This document shows, piece by piece, positions 23,412-33,478 of a DNA stretch of 35,721 bases. The stretch comes from Patescibacteria group bacterium (GTDB lineage Bacteria > Patescibacteriota > Gracilibacteria > UM-FILTER-43-11). The position numbers and the translations under genes are program-made. The notes under the pieces are model-generated. The model saw only the letters and a list, made by a program, of their open reading frames with translations. It was not told the DNA's origin and did no database searches. The stretch is from assembly GCA_029260955.1 (NCBI GenBank), contig JAJDCF010000099.1:1-35721 (forward strand), in the 5' to 3' direction. The first letter of the stretch is position 1, and every line of letters starts with the position of its first letter.

Positions 23412-26400
23412 TTATTCTGCGTTTTTCTTTTCGTAATTAGCCTTGAAAATATGGCCAGCGGGAATGAGTTTACCAATAATTACATTTTCTTTCAAGCCCT
23501 TTAGATGATCGATCTTTCGTGTAGTCGCAGCCTCTACAAGCACACGAATGGTTTCTTGAAAGGAAGCGGCAGAAAGCCAGCTATTTGTAGTGATGGCAAC
23601 ACGCGAGATGCCCAGTAGCAAGCGGTCTCCATGGGCAATTTCTTTTTTGGCCTTCTTGAGAACATCATTGGCATTTCCAAACTGCTCGGCATTTACTAAC
23701 TCACCAGGAAGGAAGTCAGAATCACCAGGATTGACGATACGAACCTTAGAGAACATCTGCTTCACGATAATTTCAATGTGCTTATCGTTAATTGTTTGCC
23801 CCTGAGACGCATAAATATGCTGCACCTCGGTCATAATATACTTTTGGGACGTATATGCATCTGTTGACTCCATCAGCTCTCTGATGTTCAAATGCCCCCT
23901 ATTAATTGGTGTACCCTTAGCAACCAGGTCATTATTTTTGATCAGAAGTTTCTCCTTAGCACCAAAGCTGTATGCTTTTTCATGTTTTTCGGTATGCTTG
24001 GTAATAATTACAGAAGGTGTCACCTTTATCACTACACCCTCATCAGTTGCCTTCATAGAGTGCTTCTCCGTCTTTGAACGAGCAATGATTTGCTTCAACT
24101 TGATTGTATCCCCCTTCTTCACGACTGGTGCAAAGTCAGGTGGAACAGGATAACTGTCTTCACCAAGTTCCTGAGCAGTCAAAATCAGTTCAGTTTGGCC
24201 TTTTTGAGTCTTAATGGTAGCTTTTCCGGAAATCTCCGCAAGAACCGCAGCGCCTTTAGGATTTCGGGCTTCAAATAGCTCTTCTACACGGGTAAGACCC
24301 TGAGTGATATCGCCACCTTCGGCTACCCCTCCCATGTGGAAGGTACGCATAGTTAGCTGCGTGCCAGGCTCACCGATACTTTGAGCAGCGATGATACCAA
24401 CAGCCGTACCAAGATCAACAATGTGATTCGTACCCAAATCAAAACCATAACACTGCTGACAGATACCATTCTCAACCTTACAAGTCATGATTGTACGTAC
24501 TTTAACCTCTTCTACCTGACTAGACTTAACTGCGGCAGAAATATCGTTATCGATCTGAACACCTTTCTTAGCAAGGACTTCACCTGTTTTTGGATCAGTG
24601 ATGTGAGCCGCCAGAGTACGTCCGAAGATACGTTTTTCGAAATCTTCACCGATTTTATTACTTTCTTCTCGCGTTACGGAATGCTCTTGAACATTGCCAC
24701 AATTGATTTCTTTGATGACAATATCCTGAACCGCATCTACCAAACGACGAGTTAGATAACCAGCTTCAGCAGTTTTAAGCGCCGTATCGGATTTACCTTT
24801 ACGTCCACCATGCGTCGCAATAAAGTACTCCAGAATCGAGAAACCGCCTTTAAGATTGGATTTAATAGGCAACTCAATAGTTTTACCAGACGGATTAGCC
24901 ACAAGCCCCTTCATTCCACAGAGCTGAGTGATTTGCCCCCAGTTACCACGAGCACCCGAATCGATCATGTAGAAGATATTGTTTTCAGGGCTTTTATCGA
25001 ATTTCTCAATCATCTTACTAGTGATATTTCCCTTCAAAGATGACCACAAGCGAATCGCATGATGGTATCTTTCATCCTCAGTGATCCACCCCTTCCAGTA
25101 TTGATTGTTGATCTTGCGAACTGTTTCATCAGCTGCGGCAATCAGATCTTCGCGTTCTTCAGGAACCAGCATGTCGAAAACAGAAATAGTAATACCTGAC
25201 TTCGATGCAAATTTGAAACCAACTCGCTTGAACTCATCAGCTACTTTGGCAGTTGTTTCCGGTCCACAGGTATCAAGAATCTGAGCAAGAAGAGCCTTCA
25301 GGCCATTTTTTCCAACAGTTTCATTCACATACCCAATTTCATCAGGCAGAAAGGTATTAAAGATTATACGACCAACGGTTGTATCTTCCTGAATGCTACC
25401 CTTAGTACGCCCAGAAATTAAAGCCTGAAGATCAACAAAACCTTGACGATAAGCATTGATAGCTTCGTTCACATCTGCAAAAACCATTCCCTCGCCCTTT
25501 TTGCCCTTGAATCCTCGTGTGAGGTAGTAAACTCCCAGAACCATGTCTTGAGAAGGAGTAATAATAGGCTCACCAGCAGATGGCTTAAGCAAGTTAGTGG
25601 TAGCAAGCATAAGTTCACGAGCTTCCTTTTGAGCTCTTTCAGAAAGAGGCAGGTGAACCGCCATTTGGTCACCATCGAAGTCGGCATTAAACGCCGCACA
25701 AACAAGTGGGTGAATTTGAATAGCCTTACCATCAATCAAAACTGGCTTAAAGGCCTGAATACCAAGACGGTGAAGCGTAGGCGCACGATTGAGAAGTACA
25801 AGACGTTTAGAAGTTTCGTTTTCAAGAATATCCCAAACTTCCTTTTTAGCTTCGTCGATTAAACGTTCGGCACCTTTAACATTATGAGCCATTTCTTGGC
25901 GAATAAGTTCACCAACCACGAAAGGCTTAAATAGCTTTAGGGCCATTTCTTTGGGAATCCCGCATTCGGATAGTTTGAGCTGCGGGCCTACCACAATAAC
26001 TGAACGCCCAGAGTAGTCCACACGTTTACCGAGCAGATTTTGACGGAAGCGACCCTGCTTACCCTTAAGCATGTCAGAAAGAGATCGAAGTTTACGTTTG
26101 TCACCAGCGGTGAACACAGCACGACCCGCACGGGCAGCATTGTTAAACAAGGTATCGACAGCTTCCTGGAGCATTCTCTTTTCATTTCGGCAGATCACTT
26201 CTGGAGCACCAATGGCCATAAGTCTTTTTAGACGATTGTTACGATTGATTACACGACGATAAAGGTCATTCAGATCAGAAGCCGCAAAACGTCCACCATC
26301 TAGCTGTACCATAGGTCGCAAGTCAGGTGGAATCACGGGAAGCTGCTTAACCACCATCCATTCAGGACGGATTTCTGCCTTCAGCAGGGCTGAAGCAAGA

Positions 26401-27317
26401 CGGATTCGGCGTAGTAGCTTCTTGTATTTTTGACCTGTGCTCTTCTTGCGTTCTTCTTCGAGTTGCTTGATGAAAACCTTGATATCAAGGTCCTCAAGGA
26501 TCTTTCGGATGGACTCAGCGCCAGTTCCTGCATGAAAGACATGACCGAATTTCATAGACAGATCTCGGTACTCGATTTCTCCGATTACCTTTCCGGAAGA
26601 CAAAGTTTGAAGATCATCCTTCGCTTGGTTGTGCTGCATAGTTAGTTCCTCTACTTTTTGCGCATAAGAATCTTCTGCCAAAACCAAATCATCTACATCA
26701 GTATCATCTTCAACCAATTCTTCAATTTGATCTTCTGTAAGCTCAGGTTTTTTCTTCTTCTTAGAACGAGCCTTAATTTTAAGGTCATTTGACTTACTTT
26801 TGAACTCCTCCTGAATTTGCTTTTTATACATCTGAAAATCCTTATCGAGATTCTCCAAAGCCTCTTTTTTTGCATCTTCATCAACACTGGTAATGATGTA
26901 AGCAGCAAAATAAATGACCTGCTCAATCGCTTTAATAGGCAAATTCAAAATCAAACCAAGACGACTAGGCGTAGAGCGCAAAAACCAAATATGAGTAACA
27001 GGTACTGCCAAACTGATATGAGCCATACGTTCACGACGAACAATGGAACGAGTTACTTCAACGCCACATTTTTCACAAACCACACCTTTGTAGCGAATTC
27101 TTTTGTACTTACCACAATAACATTCCCAGTTCTTGGTAGGTCCAAATATTTTTTCACAGAAAAGTCCGTCTCGCTCAGGTTTCTGAGTACGATAATTGAT
27201 GGTTTCTGGCTTGGTGACCTCACCATGAGACCATGCCAATACTGCATCAGGACTGGCAACTGAAAGACTTATAGAATCGAAGTCTTCATGCCTTCTTGGA
27301 CCTTTTAATTGAGTCAT
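23412..27317 (-). CDS. rpoC: DNA-directed RNA polymerase subunit beta'
   Basis: Zn-finger [23 protein letters not shown], catalytic [12 protein letters not shown], and trigger-loop/bridge-helix regions. Confidence 0.98.
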   Translation of the reverse strand: MTQLKGPRRHEDFDSISLSVASPDAVLAWSHGEVTKPETINYRTQKPERDGLFCEKIFGPTKNWECYCGKYKRIRYKGVVCEKCGVEVTRSIVRRERMAHISLAVPVTHIWFLRSTPSRLGLILNLPIKAIEQVIYFAAYIITSVDEDAKKEALENLDKDFQMYKKQIQEEFKSKSNDLKIKARSKKKKKPELTEDQIEELVEDDTDVDDLVLAEDSYAQKVEELTMQHNQAKDDLQTLSSGKVIGEIEYRDLSMKFGHVFHAGTGAESIRKILEDLDIKVFIKQLEEERKKSTGQKYKKLLRRIRLASALLKAEIRPEWMVVKQLPVIPPDLRPMVQLDGGRFAASDLNDLYRRVINRNNRLKRLMAIGAPEVICRNEKRMLQEAVDTLFNNAARAGRAVFTAGDKRKLRSLSDMLKGKQGRFRQNLLGKRVDYSGRSVIVVGPQLKLSECGIPKEMALKLFKPFVVGELIRQEMAHNVKGAERLIDEAKKEVWDILENETSKRLVLLNRAPTLHRLGIQAFKPVLIDGKAIQIHPLVCAAFNADFDGDQMAVHLPLSERAQKEARELMLATTNLLKPSAGEPIITPSQDMVLGVYYLTRGFKGKKGEGMVFADVNEAINAYRQGFVDLQALISGRTKGSIQEDTTVGRIIFNTFLPDEIGYVNETVGKNGLKALLAQILDTCGPETTAKVADEFKRVGFKFASKSGITISVFDMLVPEEREDLIAAADETVRKINNQYWKGWITEDERYHHAIRLWSSLKGNITSKMIEKFDKSPENNIFYMIDSGARGNWGQITQLCGMKGLVANPSGKTIELPIKSNLKGGFSILEYFIATHGGRKGKSDTALKTAEAGYLTRRLVDAVQDIVIKEINCGNVQEHSVTREESNKIGEDFEKRIFGRTLAAHITDPKTGEVLAKKGVQIDNDISAAVKSSQVEEVKVRTIMTCKVENGICQQCYGFDLGTNHIVDLGTAVGIIAAQSIGEPGTQLTMRTFHMGGVAEGGDITQGLTRVEELFEARNPKGAAVLAEISGKATIKTQKGQTELILTAQELGEDSYPVPPDFAPVVKKGDTIKLKQIIARSKTEKHSMKATDEGVVIKVTPSVIITKHTEKHEKAYSFGAKEKLLIKNNDLVAKGTPINRGHLNIRELMESTDAYTSQKYIMTEVQHIYASQGQTINDKHIEIIVKQMFSKVRIVNPGDSDFLPGELVNAEQFGNANDVLKKAKKEIAHGDRLLLGISRVAITTNSWLSAASFQETIRVLVEAATTRKIDHLKGLKENVIIGKLIPAGHIFKANYEKKNAE

Positions 27318-27353
27318 ATTAGTTTAGTTAGAGATAAACTCTTTATTTCTTAA

Positions 27354-27770
27354 TTATTTACTTGTGTCAGCTTCTGGACTGAACATATTTTGATCACCAC
27401 CAGGTAGGAAATCAGCAAACCCCTCTTCATCATCTTCTTTGGGCTTCTTGTCGAGCATGATCATGTCTGTAGCTACAATTTCGGTTCGAAAGATTTTTAC
27501 ACCTTCCGGTGAATCCCACGAACGCGTTTTAAGGTAACCCTCAACGTAAACGAGCTTTCCTTTTTTGAGGTATTTGCCACAGATTTCGGCCAAGGTTCCC
27601 CAGGCAGCAATGTTGTGATACTCAGCAAGTGATTTCTTCTCGCTACCAGCCACCCATTCCCGGTTCGTTGCCAATCCGAATGTAACGATTGATTGACCAC
27701 CAGTGGTCTGCTTTAGCTCGGGATCACGAGTGAGATTCCCTACCAAAATTACTTTATTAACACTTCTCAT
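27354..27770 (-). CDS. ssb: single-stranded DNA-binding protein
   Basis: OB-fold pattern MRSVNKVILVGNLTRDPELKQTTGGQSIVTFGLATNREW...YHNIAAWGTLAEICGKYLKKGKLVYVEGYLKTRSW...TEIVA. Acidic tail with FADFLP. It lies 13 nt after the rpoB stop and 36 nt before the rpoC start. Confidence 0.9.
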   Translation of the reverse strand: MRSVNKVILVGNLTRDPELKQTTGGQSIVTFGLATNREWVAGSEKKSLAEYHNIAAWGTLAEICGKYLKKGKLVYVEGYLKTRSWDSPEGVKIFRTEIVATDMIMLDKKPKEDDEEGFADFLPGGDQNMFSPEADTSK

Positions 27771-27783
27771 AAATCAAAATTAC

Positions 27784-30700
27784 TTATTTCTTCGGGCTTT
27801 TCCCTTTTTCAACAGCATCTTCAATGGCATCGATCTCTTTATCTGACACAACAGCATCAGATCCACCATCGTCTGTTAGCTCATCTTCCAATTCTTCGAT
27901 GGCCTCTTTTTTGCCTGTATTTTTGCCCTCAATTTCAGCTTCAATCTGCTTCTCTGACTCTTGGCCTTCTTTCAAATCACTGATTTTATCAGCATCAGGA
28001 ATAATAGCCTGGTCATCATCTTCATGATCGATCACCTCTTCGAGTTCAACCTCTTCGACCTTATCGCCTTTGGATTTAAGAAGCTCTACATCAAGACATA
28101 GGCTCTTCAATTCTTTTACAAGAACGTTGAAGGATTCCGGCACACTAGGAGTTTTGATGGATTCACCCTTAACAATAGATTCGTAAGCTTTGGCACGACC
28201 GACGACATCATCGGATTTGACCGTGAGCATTTCTTGAAGCGTGTAGGCAGCTCCGTAAGCTTCCAGTGCCCACACCTCCATTTCTCCGAATCTTTGCCCA
28301 CCATGCTGCGCCTTACCACCAAGCGGTTGCTGAGTAACAAGAGAATAAGGGCCCACACTTCTGGCATGTAGTTTGTCTTCGACTAAGTGAAGGAGTTTGA
28401 GCATATAAACCTTTCCAACCACCGTTGGGTATTGGAATGGCTCACCAGTACGGCCATCAAAAAGCTGAAGCTTGCCATCAGCGGGAAGGTCTGCCTCTTT
28501 CATGAGCTCAGAGATTTGGCTAAGCTCCATACCATTCAGAGCAGGAGTTGCGACTTTAATTCCAAGCTCATCGGCCGCCCACCCTAGGTGAGTTTCAAGG
28601 ATCTGCCCGATGTTCATACGACTGGACACACCAAGCGGATTAAGAATGATATCAACGGGAGTGCCATCAGCCATAAATGGCATATCTTCAGATGGAACTA
28701 TTCTGGAAATCACACCCTTATTACCATGACGACCAGCCATTTTATCACCAACCTGAATCTTACGAGTCTGAGAAACATAAACTTTAATCTGGCGAATAAC
28801 ACCAGTAGATAATTCATCACCTGCTTGACGACTGAAAATCTGAACGTCAACAACCTTTCCTCCTTCTCCTCCGGGAAGCCGAAGAGAAGTATCTTTTACG
28901 TCTTTAGCTTTATCACCAAAAATGGCTTGAAGAAGCCTTTCTTCAGCGGTAAGTTCGGTTTCACCCTTAGGGGTAATCTTACCAACCATAATGTCTCCTT
29001 CGTGCACCGTGGCACCGATTCGAACAATACCATCGACATCTAAATCTTTCAGACGAATCTCACCAACATTCGGAATATCACGAGTAACAATCTCAGGCCC
29101 AAGCTTTGTATCACGTACATCTACCGTAAAGGACTCAATGTGCACAGAATCGTAAAGCCCATTTCTTGCTACACGATCAGAAATAATGATGGCATCTTCA
29201 TAGTTGTAGCCACCCCATGACATGTAAGCGACCATTAGATTGCGACCAAGAGCCAGCTCACCTTCTTGCACAGCAGCACCATCAACCAAAACATCTCCTT
29301 TTTTCACCTTATCGCCCTTAATAACAGTAGGTCGCATATTGACAGCAGTAGCTTGGTTGGAACGCTGAAAACTGAGAATTGGATATTCCTCTTTTTTCCC
29401 ATCGGCGTATTTAACAACTACATGATCTGCATCACTTGCATCTACAGTTCCACTGGCACGAGCCACAAGAGCCTGCCCGGAACTTTCCGCAGTCAGAGCT
29501 TCCATACCTGTACCAACAATAGGTGTCTCAGGCCTAAGCAATGATACAGCCTGACGTTGCATGTTAGAACCCATAGACGCACGCGTATTATCATCGTGCT
29601 CTAAGAAAGGAATCAAAGAAGTCGTAACAGAAACAATTTGCTTAGGAGCAATATCGATGTGAGTCAGGTCACGGACGTGAACCAAATTGGGCTCACCTCG
29701 TTTTCTGGCTGCTACACGAGATGTAACAAACTGATTCTTATCATCTATTTCGGCATTGGTTTCCGCCACTACAAAATCTTTCTCGGTATCGGCATCGTAG
29801 TAGTTAATATCTTCTGTCGCAAAAGCCCTAATATTAACCAAGTTCTGAGGCTTATCTTGGACTTTAATAGAAGTCGTTTTTTTGTCAGCAACAATTTGCT
29901 TGGCTAACTCCATACCAATTTCTCCCCCCTTCTTAAGCAATACTTTTCGACCAATCTTGATGTCCTGAGCTGCCAATTTATCAAATAATTGAGATATCAC
30001 AGGGTCTTTGATCGTTTCTGGAACTGCATTCTTGATAGCCTTCTTGATTTTGGCCACCGCACTTGCTTGTTCCTTTGTAAGCCTGTCACCAACCTTGGCA
30101 ACAATCTTGCGACCATCTTTTACCTCTTCATCGATAATAAGTCCCGTAATTTCAGAAACATTCGGCTGCTTGAAGTGCTCAACCCTTCTGTAAGGCGTCT
30201 CAACAAAGCCATACTGATTCACACGACCATAGGTAGCCAGGTGTACAACAAGTCCAATATTCGGACCTTCAGGAGTAGCGATCGGACAAATACGACCATA
30301 GTGAGAGGCATGCACATCACGAACGTCAAAGGAAGCACGTTCACGGGATAATCCACCAGGACCCATAGCAGAAATACGGCGCTTGTGCGCCAATTCAGAA
30401 AGCGGGTTGGTCTGATCCATAAACTGTGACAATTGCGAGCTAGCAAAGAACTCACGAAGCGCTGCTGTAATCGGACGACAGTTGATTAACTGAGTAGGGG
30501 TAGCTGTCTCTAAATCCATGATAGTCATGCGGTCTTTCGCGATACGATCGGTTCGAAGTAGACCCATGCGGAACTTGTTTTGAACGAGTTCACCAACAGA
30601 GCGAATACGACGATTAGAAAGGTGATCGATGTCATCTGCCTCACCCTCACCGTTATTAAGTTCAATCAAAGTTTTAACAATATTCACAAAATCATCTGTC

Positions 30701-31614
30701 TGAAACACTCTGTGCTTCATACCAGAAGGAATATTCGTTCCAAAACGCTTGTTGAGCTTATAGCGAGCAATCAGCCCCATGTCATAGCGCTTAAAATCAA
30801 AGAAAAGTCCTTCGATAAGCTGTTTAGCATTTTCTGGAGTAGCCAGATCACCCGGGCGAATTTTTTTGTATATAGATTGGTATGCATCACCAACTCCATG
30901 AGCATCGTCCTTTTCTAGAGTGTTCTGAATGTAATCATTATTTAAATCGACATTCACATCTTTGAAGGCATCAAGCATAGTAGAATCCTTTTCGAAACCA
31001 AAAATTCGAAGTAGCTGAGTAACAGGAATCTTTCGTTTGCGGTCAATCTTAACGTTAATTACACCCTTTTTGTCAGTTTCAAGTTCAAGCCAAGCTCCAC
31101 GCTTAGGAATGATCTTAGCATTAAAAAATCTTGGAACGGCTGCATTTCGAGAATAGAAAACACCTGGGCTTCGAACAATCTGATTAACCACCACACGCTC
31201 GATACCATTTATAAGGAATGTACCCTTATCAGTCATCAGTGGAACAGATCCGAGGAAGATATCTTGCTCTTTAATTTCACCTGTTTCCTTGTTGATCAGC
31301 TGAACATGAGCCTTTAAAGATGCCTCGTAAGTCAGATTCTTTCGCTTGGCAGTAAGCGGATCATGCTTTGGCTTATCTAATGAGTGACTCAAGAAATGAA
31401 GCTCCATCTTCTTACCGGAGAAATCTGTAATAGGAGAAATCTCTTGCAATAGTTCCTTGAGACCCTCTGTCAAAAACCATTGATAAGAATTCAGTTGAAT
31501 CTCAATCAGTGGGGGAAGTTTGAAACTATCTTCAGCCTCACTAAAATAATGTCGTCCACTAATTACCTTGGTAGGCTTCATGGTCAACTTATGAGCAGTT
31601 TTAACTTTAGCCAT
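27784..31614 (-). CDS. rpoB: DNA-directed RNA polymerase subunit beta
   Basis: Rif-region SSQLSQFMDQTNPLSELAHKRRISAMGPGGL, ETPEGPNIGL, and C-terminal GGQRFGEMEVWALEAYGAAYTLQEMLTVKSDD. ATG 31614 (MAKVKTAHK...) is preferred over the track start at 31668. Confidence 0.98.
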   Translation of the reverse strand: MAKVKTAHKLTMKPTKVISGRHYFSEAEDSFKLPPLIEIQLNSYQWFLTEGLKELLQEISPITDFSGKKMELHFLSHSLDKPKHDPLTAKRKNLTYEASLKAHVQLINKETGEIKEQDIFLGSVPLMTDKGTFLINGIERVVVNQIVRSPGVFYSRNAAVPRFFNAKIIPKRGAWLELETDKKGVINVKIDRKRKIPVTQLLRIFGFEKDSTMLDAFKDVNVDLNNDYIQNTLEKDDAHGVGDAYQSIYKKIRPGDLATPENAKQLIEGLFFDFKRYDMGLIARYKLNKRFGTNIPSGMKHRVFQTDDFVNIVKTLIELNNGEGEADDIDHLSNRRIRSVGELVQNKFRMGLLRTDRIAKDRMTIMDLETATPTQLINCRPITAALREFFASSQLSQFMDQTNPLSELAHKRRISAMGPGGLSRERASFDVRDVHASHYGRICPIATPEGPNIGLVVHLATYGRVNQYGFVETPYRRVEHFKQPNVSEITGLIIDEEVKDGRKIVAKVGDRLTKEQASAVAKIKKAIKNAVPETIKDPVISQLFDKLAAQDIKIGRKVLLKKGGEIGMELAKQIVADKKTTSIKVQDKPQNLVNIRAFATEDINYYDADTEKDFVVAETNAEIDDKNQFVTSRVAARKRGEPNLVHVRDLTHIDIAPKQIVSVTTSLIPFLEHDDNTRASMGSNMQRQAVSLLRPETPIVGTGMEALTAESSGQALVARASGTVDASDADHVVVKYADGKKEEYPILSFQRSNQATAVNMRPTVIKGDKVKKGDVLVDGAAVQEGELALGRNLMVAYMSWGGYNYEDAIIISDRVARNGLYDSVHIESFTVDVRDTKLGPEIVTRDIPNVGEIRLKDLDVDGIVRIGATVHEGDIMVGKITPKGETELTAEERLLQAIFGDKAKDVKDTSLRLPGGEGGKVVDVQIFSRQAGDELSTGVIRQIKVYVSQTRKIQVGDKMAGRHGNKGVISRIVPSEDMPFMADGTPVDIILNPLGVSSRMNIGQILETHLGWAADELGIKVATPALNGMELSQISELMKEADLPADGKLQLFDGRTGEPFQYPTVVGKVYMLKLLHLVEDKLHARSVGPYSLVTQQPLGGKAQHGGQRFGEMEVWALEAYGAAYTLQEMLTVKSDDVVGRAKAYESIVKGESIKTPSVPESFNVLVKELKSLCLDVELLKSKGDKVEEVELEEVIDHEDDDQAIIPDADKISDLKEGQESEKQIEAEIEGKNTGKKEAIEELEDELTDDGGSDAVVSDKEIDAIEDAVEKGKSPKK

Positions 31615-31726
31615 ATATGAAAACAATTGTGATGAAGTAAAGGCTTGCATCCGCCATGGACGGATCATTCTTAGACAACGCTATAGCAGCCACAACACAA
31701 TCATTAAGCGCCAAATTTGCTGATAC

Positions 31727-31754
31727 ATTATAGACATCTGTCCAACATAGTCAA
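31727..31754 (-). promoter_or_regulatory. sigma70-like promoter TTGACT-16-TATAAT upstream of rpoB
   Basis: On the minus strand, TTGACT is at 31754-31749 and TATAAT at 31732-31727, with a 16-nt spacer. It lies about 110 nt upstream of ATG 31614. Confidence 0.55.
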
Positions 31755-31789
31755 ATTGTCCACTAAAAACTTGTTGACAGATGAGGAAA

Positions 31790-32245
31790 TTATTTTTTTG
31801 AAAAAATCTTCTGCAAATTCACCAAAGTAATCCACTCTTTATCAGACGCTTTATCAAGTGGCTTTTTATAGTAGTAATTCGAACCAGCCTTCAGGCCAAC
31901 AATGTTTTCGCCATAATTAAGCAAATTCATATCAAGAGCTAACCGTTCAGAATCGGCCATAAAGTGTTTTTTTCTAAACTGCAATATGCTAGTAATAAGC
32001 CTTGCTCTACTACTTGAACCTAGCTGATAATCTCCATTAACGGTCACTCCATTTGTAGCCAGAAAAGCTGAGACGCTCTCTGGTACTTCCTCGGCTACTA
32101 AAAAACCAGCATCGCTCTTTATTAAAAGGCCAAGAAGTTTATCGGCAGGAGTAATAAAAAGAGCTATCAAAAATACATGCGCTAAGAGTAGTGCAATAAT
32201 AAGTAGGCTACCAATCATTTTAGGAATTTCGCGCATTAAAATCAT
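31790..32245 (-). CDS. small single-pass membrane protein with a degenerate glycosyltransferase-51 (transglycosylase)-like C-terminal segment
   Basis: N-terminal TM IGSLLIIALLLAHVFLIALFI. ERLALDMNLLNYGENIVGLKAGSNYYYKKPLDKASDKEWITLVNL resembles the ...ILExYLNxxYFGxGxYGIxxAxxxYFxK...L...E...L block of GT51 enzymes. The catalytic ED motif is not seen. Confidence 0.4.
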   Translation of the reverse strand: MILMREIPKMIGSLLIIALLLAHVFLIALFITPADKLLGLLIKSDAGFLVAEEVPESVSAFLATNGVTVNGDYQLGSSSRARLITSILQFRKKHFMADSERLALDMNLLNYGENIVGLKAGSNYYYKKPLDKASDKEWITLVNLQKIFSKK

Positions 32246-32318
32246 AACAAGGAAACCATTTTATTAGATTTTGAAAGTAGAGTAAACTGATAAGCACTTA
32301 TTAAACTAATTGTCACCA

Positions 32319-33407
32319 ATGAAAAAGTTCTTTGCCTATCTAATTCTTTGCTCCCTGCTTATTATGCCAATTAGCCCGCTTTTGGCTGCGGCTGACTCCG
32401 TATCTTTTTTCGAAGCCATAGGTAATCTTTCTACAATCGAAGATTATAAATTAATCCAGGCATTCTATGGCGATGCAGAACTAGAAGAATTCGGTGACCA
32501 TCTAAGTGCCAAATATAGAATCAGTATTAGCAGCGTTGCAGATGGCGGAAATAGAACAGATAGCTTCAACAGACTAAGCGCCTACATAAAATTCACGAAT
32601 CATAATGAAGCGACAGATTCTACCCCCTTTAAGACAATGACTGTACAGGCTAATGGCGAAGTAATAACCAAGAATCAACAAGACATTTATTTTAAGCTCA
32701 ATAATTTTAACATCAGCCTAAAAGAGCCAATACCATTTGCCGTGTTAGACATTGAAAATGCTATGTCCATGGCAGACTTATACAGAGGAACATGGTTTCA
32801 TACCTCTGCAAATGAACTAGCAACCGATGAGCTGGATGTAGAAATAATTGATGTGAAGCAGTACATAGACCTTGAAGAACAGCTAAAAGAAGATCCAAAA
32901 GAGGCGATCATGGGACTTGCTGAACTTGTTTTACAGGATTCAAATTCGAGCTCTTCTGAAGAACAGATAGATAATTTTCTTGATGGAATTGAGCTTATAC
33001 TTGAAACAAAACTGTTCACAGAACGAGACATTGTTGCCGGTCGAAACACAAACTTTAAGTTTTTCAATCTAAATAAAGCATCGATCATAAATCTTATGAG
33101 CAAAGCTGCCGAGCTGATTGACGAAAACATGACCGCGGGCGATAAAACAATGATTCGTGCGGCACTTAGCAAAGTGAGCCTATCGGGAATATACCGAATT
33201 GACGATATTCATGAAGTTATCGACAATCTACTGATTAGATTTAGACTCAAAGATATTGATGCCCTGAAGAACCTGGAGCTAAACTACCGCTACAAGTTAT
33301 CTGATTTAAATAAGGAAAATAGCGTGAAAGCACCAACGGTATACGAAGAATGGAGTATGCCTTCCAGTCAGTTTGACCCAGGGATGTTCGAAGAAGAAGA
33401 ATTCTAG
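32319..33407 (+). CDS. secreted hypothetical protein
   Basis: ATG 32319 gives MKKFFAYLILCSLLIMPISPLLAAADS (signal peptide); the track start is TTG 32310. Acidic C-terminus. No family recognised. Confidence 0.65.
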   Translation: MKKFFAYLILCSLLIMPISPLLAAADSVSFFEAIGNLSTIEDYKLIQAFYGDAELEEFGDHLSAKYRISISSVADGGNRTDSFNRLSAYIKFTNHNEATDSTPFKTMTVQANGEVITKNQQDIYFKLNNFNISLKEPIPFAVLDIENAMSMADLYRGTWFHTSANELATDELDVEIIDVKQYIDLEEQLKEDPKEAIMGLAELVLQDSNSSSSEEQIDNFLDGIELILETKLFTERDIVAGRNTNFKFFNLNKASIINLMSKAAELIDENMTAGDKTMIRAALSKVSLSGIYRIDDIHEVIDNLLIRFRLKDIDALKNLELNYRYKLSDLNKENSVKAPTVYEEWSMPSSQFDPGMFEEEEF

Positions 33408-33425
33408 GTCTAAGAACTTTCGCCC

Positions 33426-33454
33426 TTGACAACAAAACATAAATAGTTTATAGT
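33426..33454 (+). promoter_or_regulatory. sigma70-like promoter TTGACA-17-TATAGT upstream of the lipoprotein gene
   Basis: TTGACA at 33426-33431, a 17-nt spacer, then TATAGT at 33449-33454, 25 nt before ATG 33479. Confidence 0.6.
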
Positions 33455-33478
33455 CAACTCCAATATATAAACTATATT

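Noticed and set aside
27481-27492. GGTTCGAA, a T-loop-like tRNA signature
   Set aside because: It lies inside the ssb coding sequence with no acceptor, D or anticodon arms around it. I recognised no tRNA, rRNA, tmRNA or RNase P RNA in the window.
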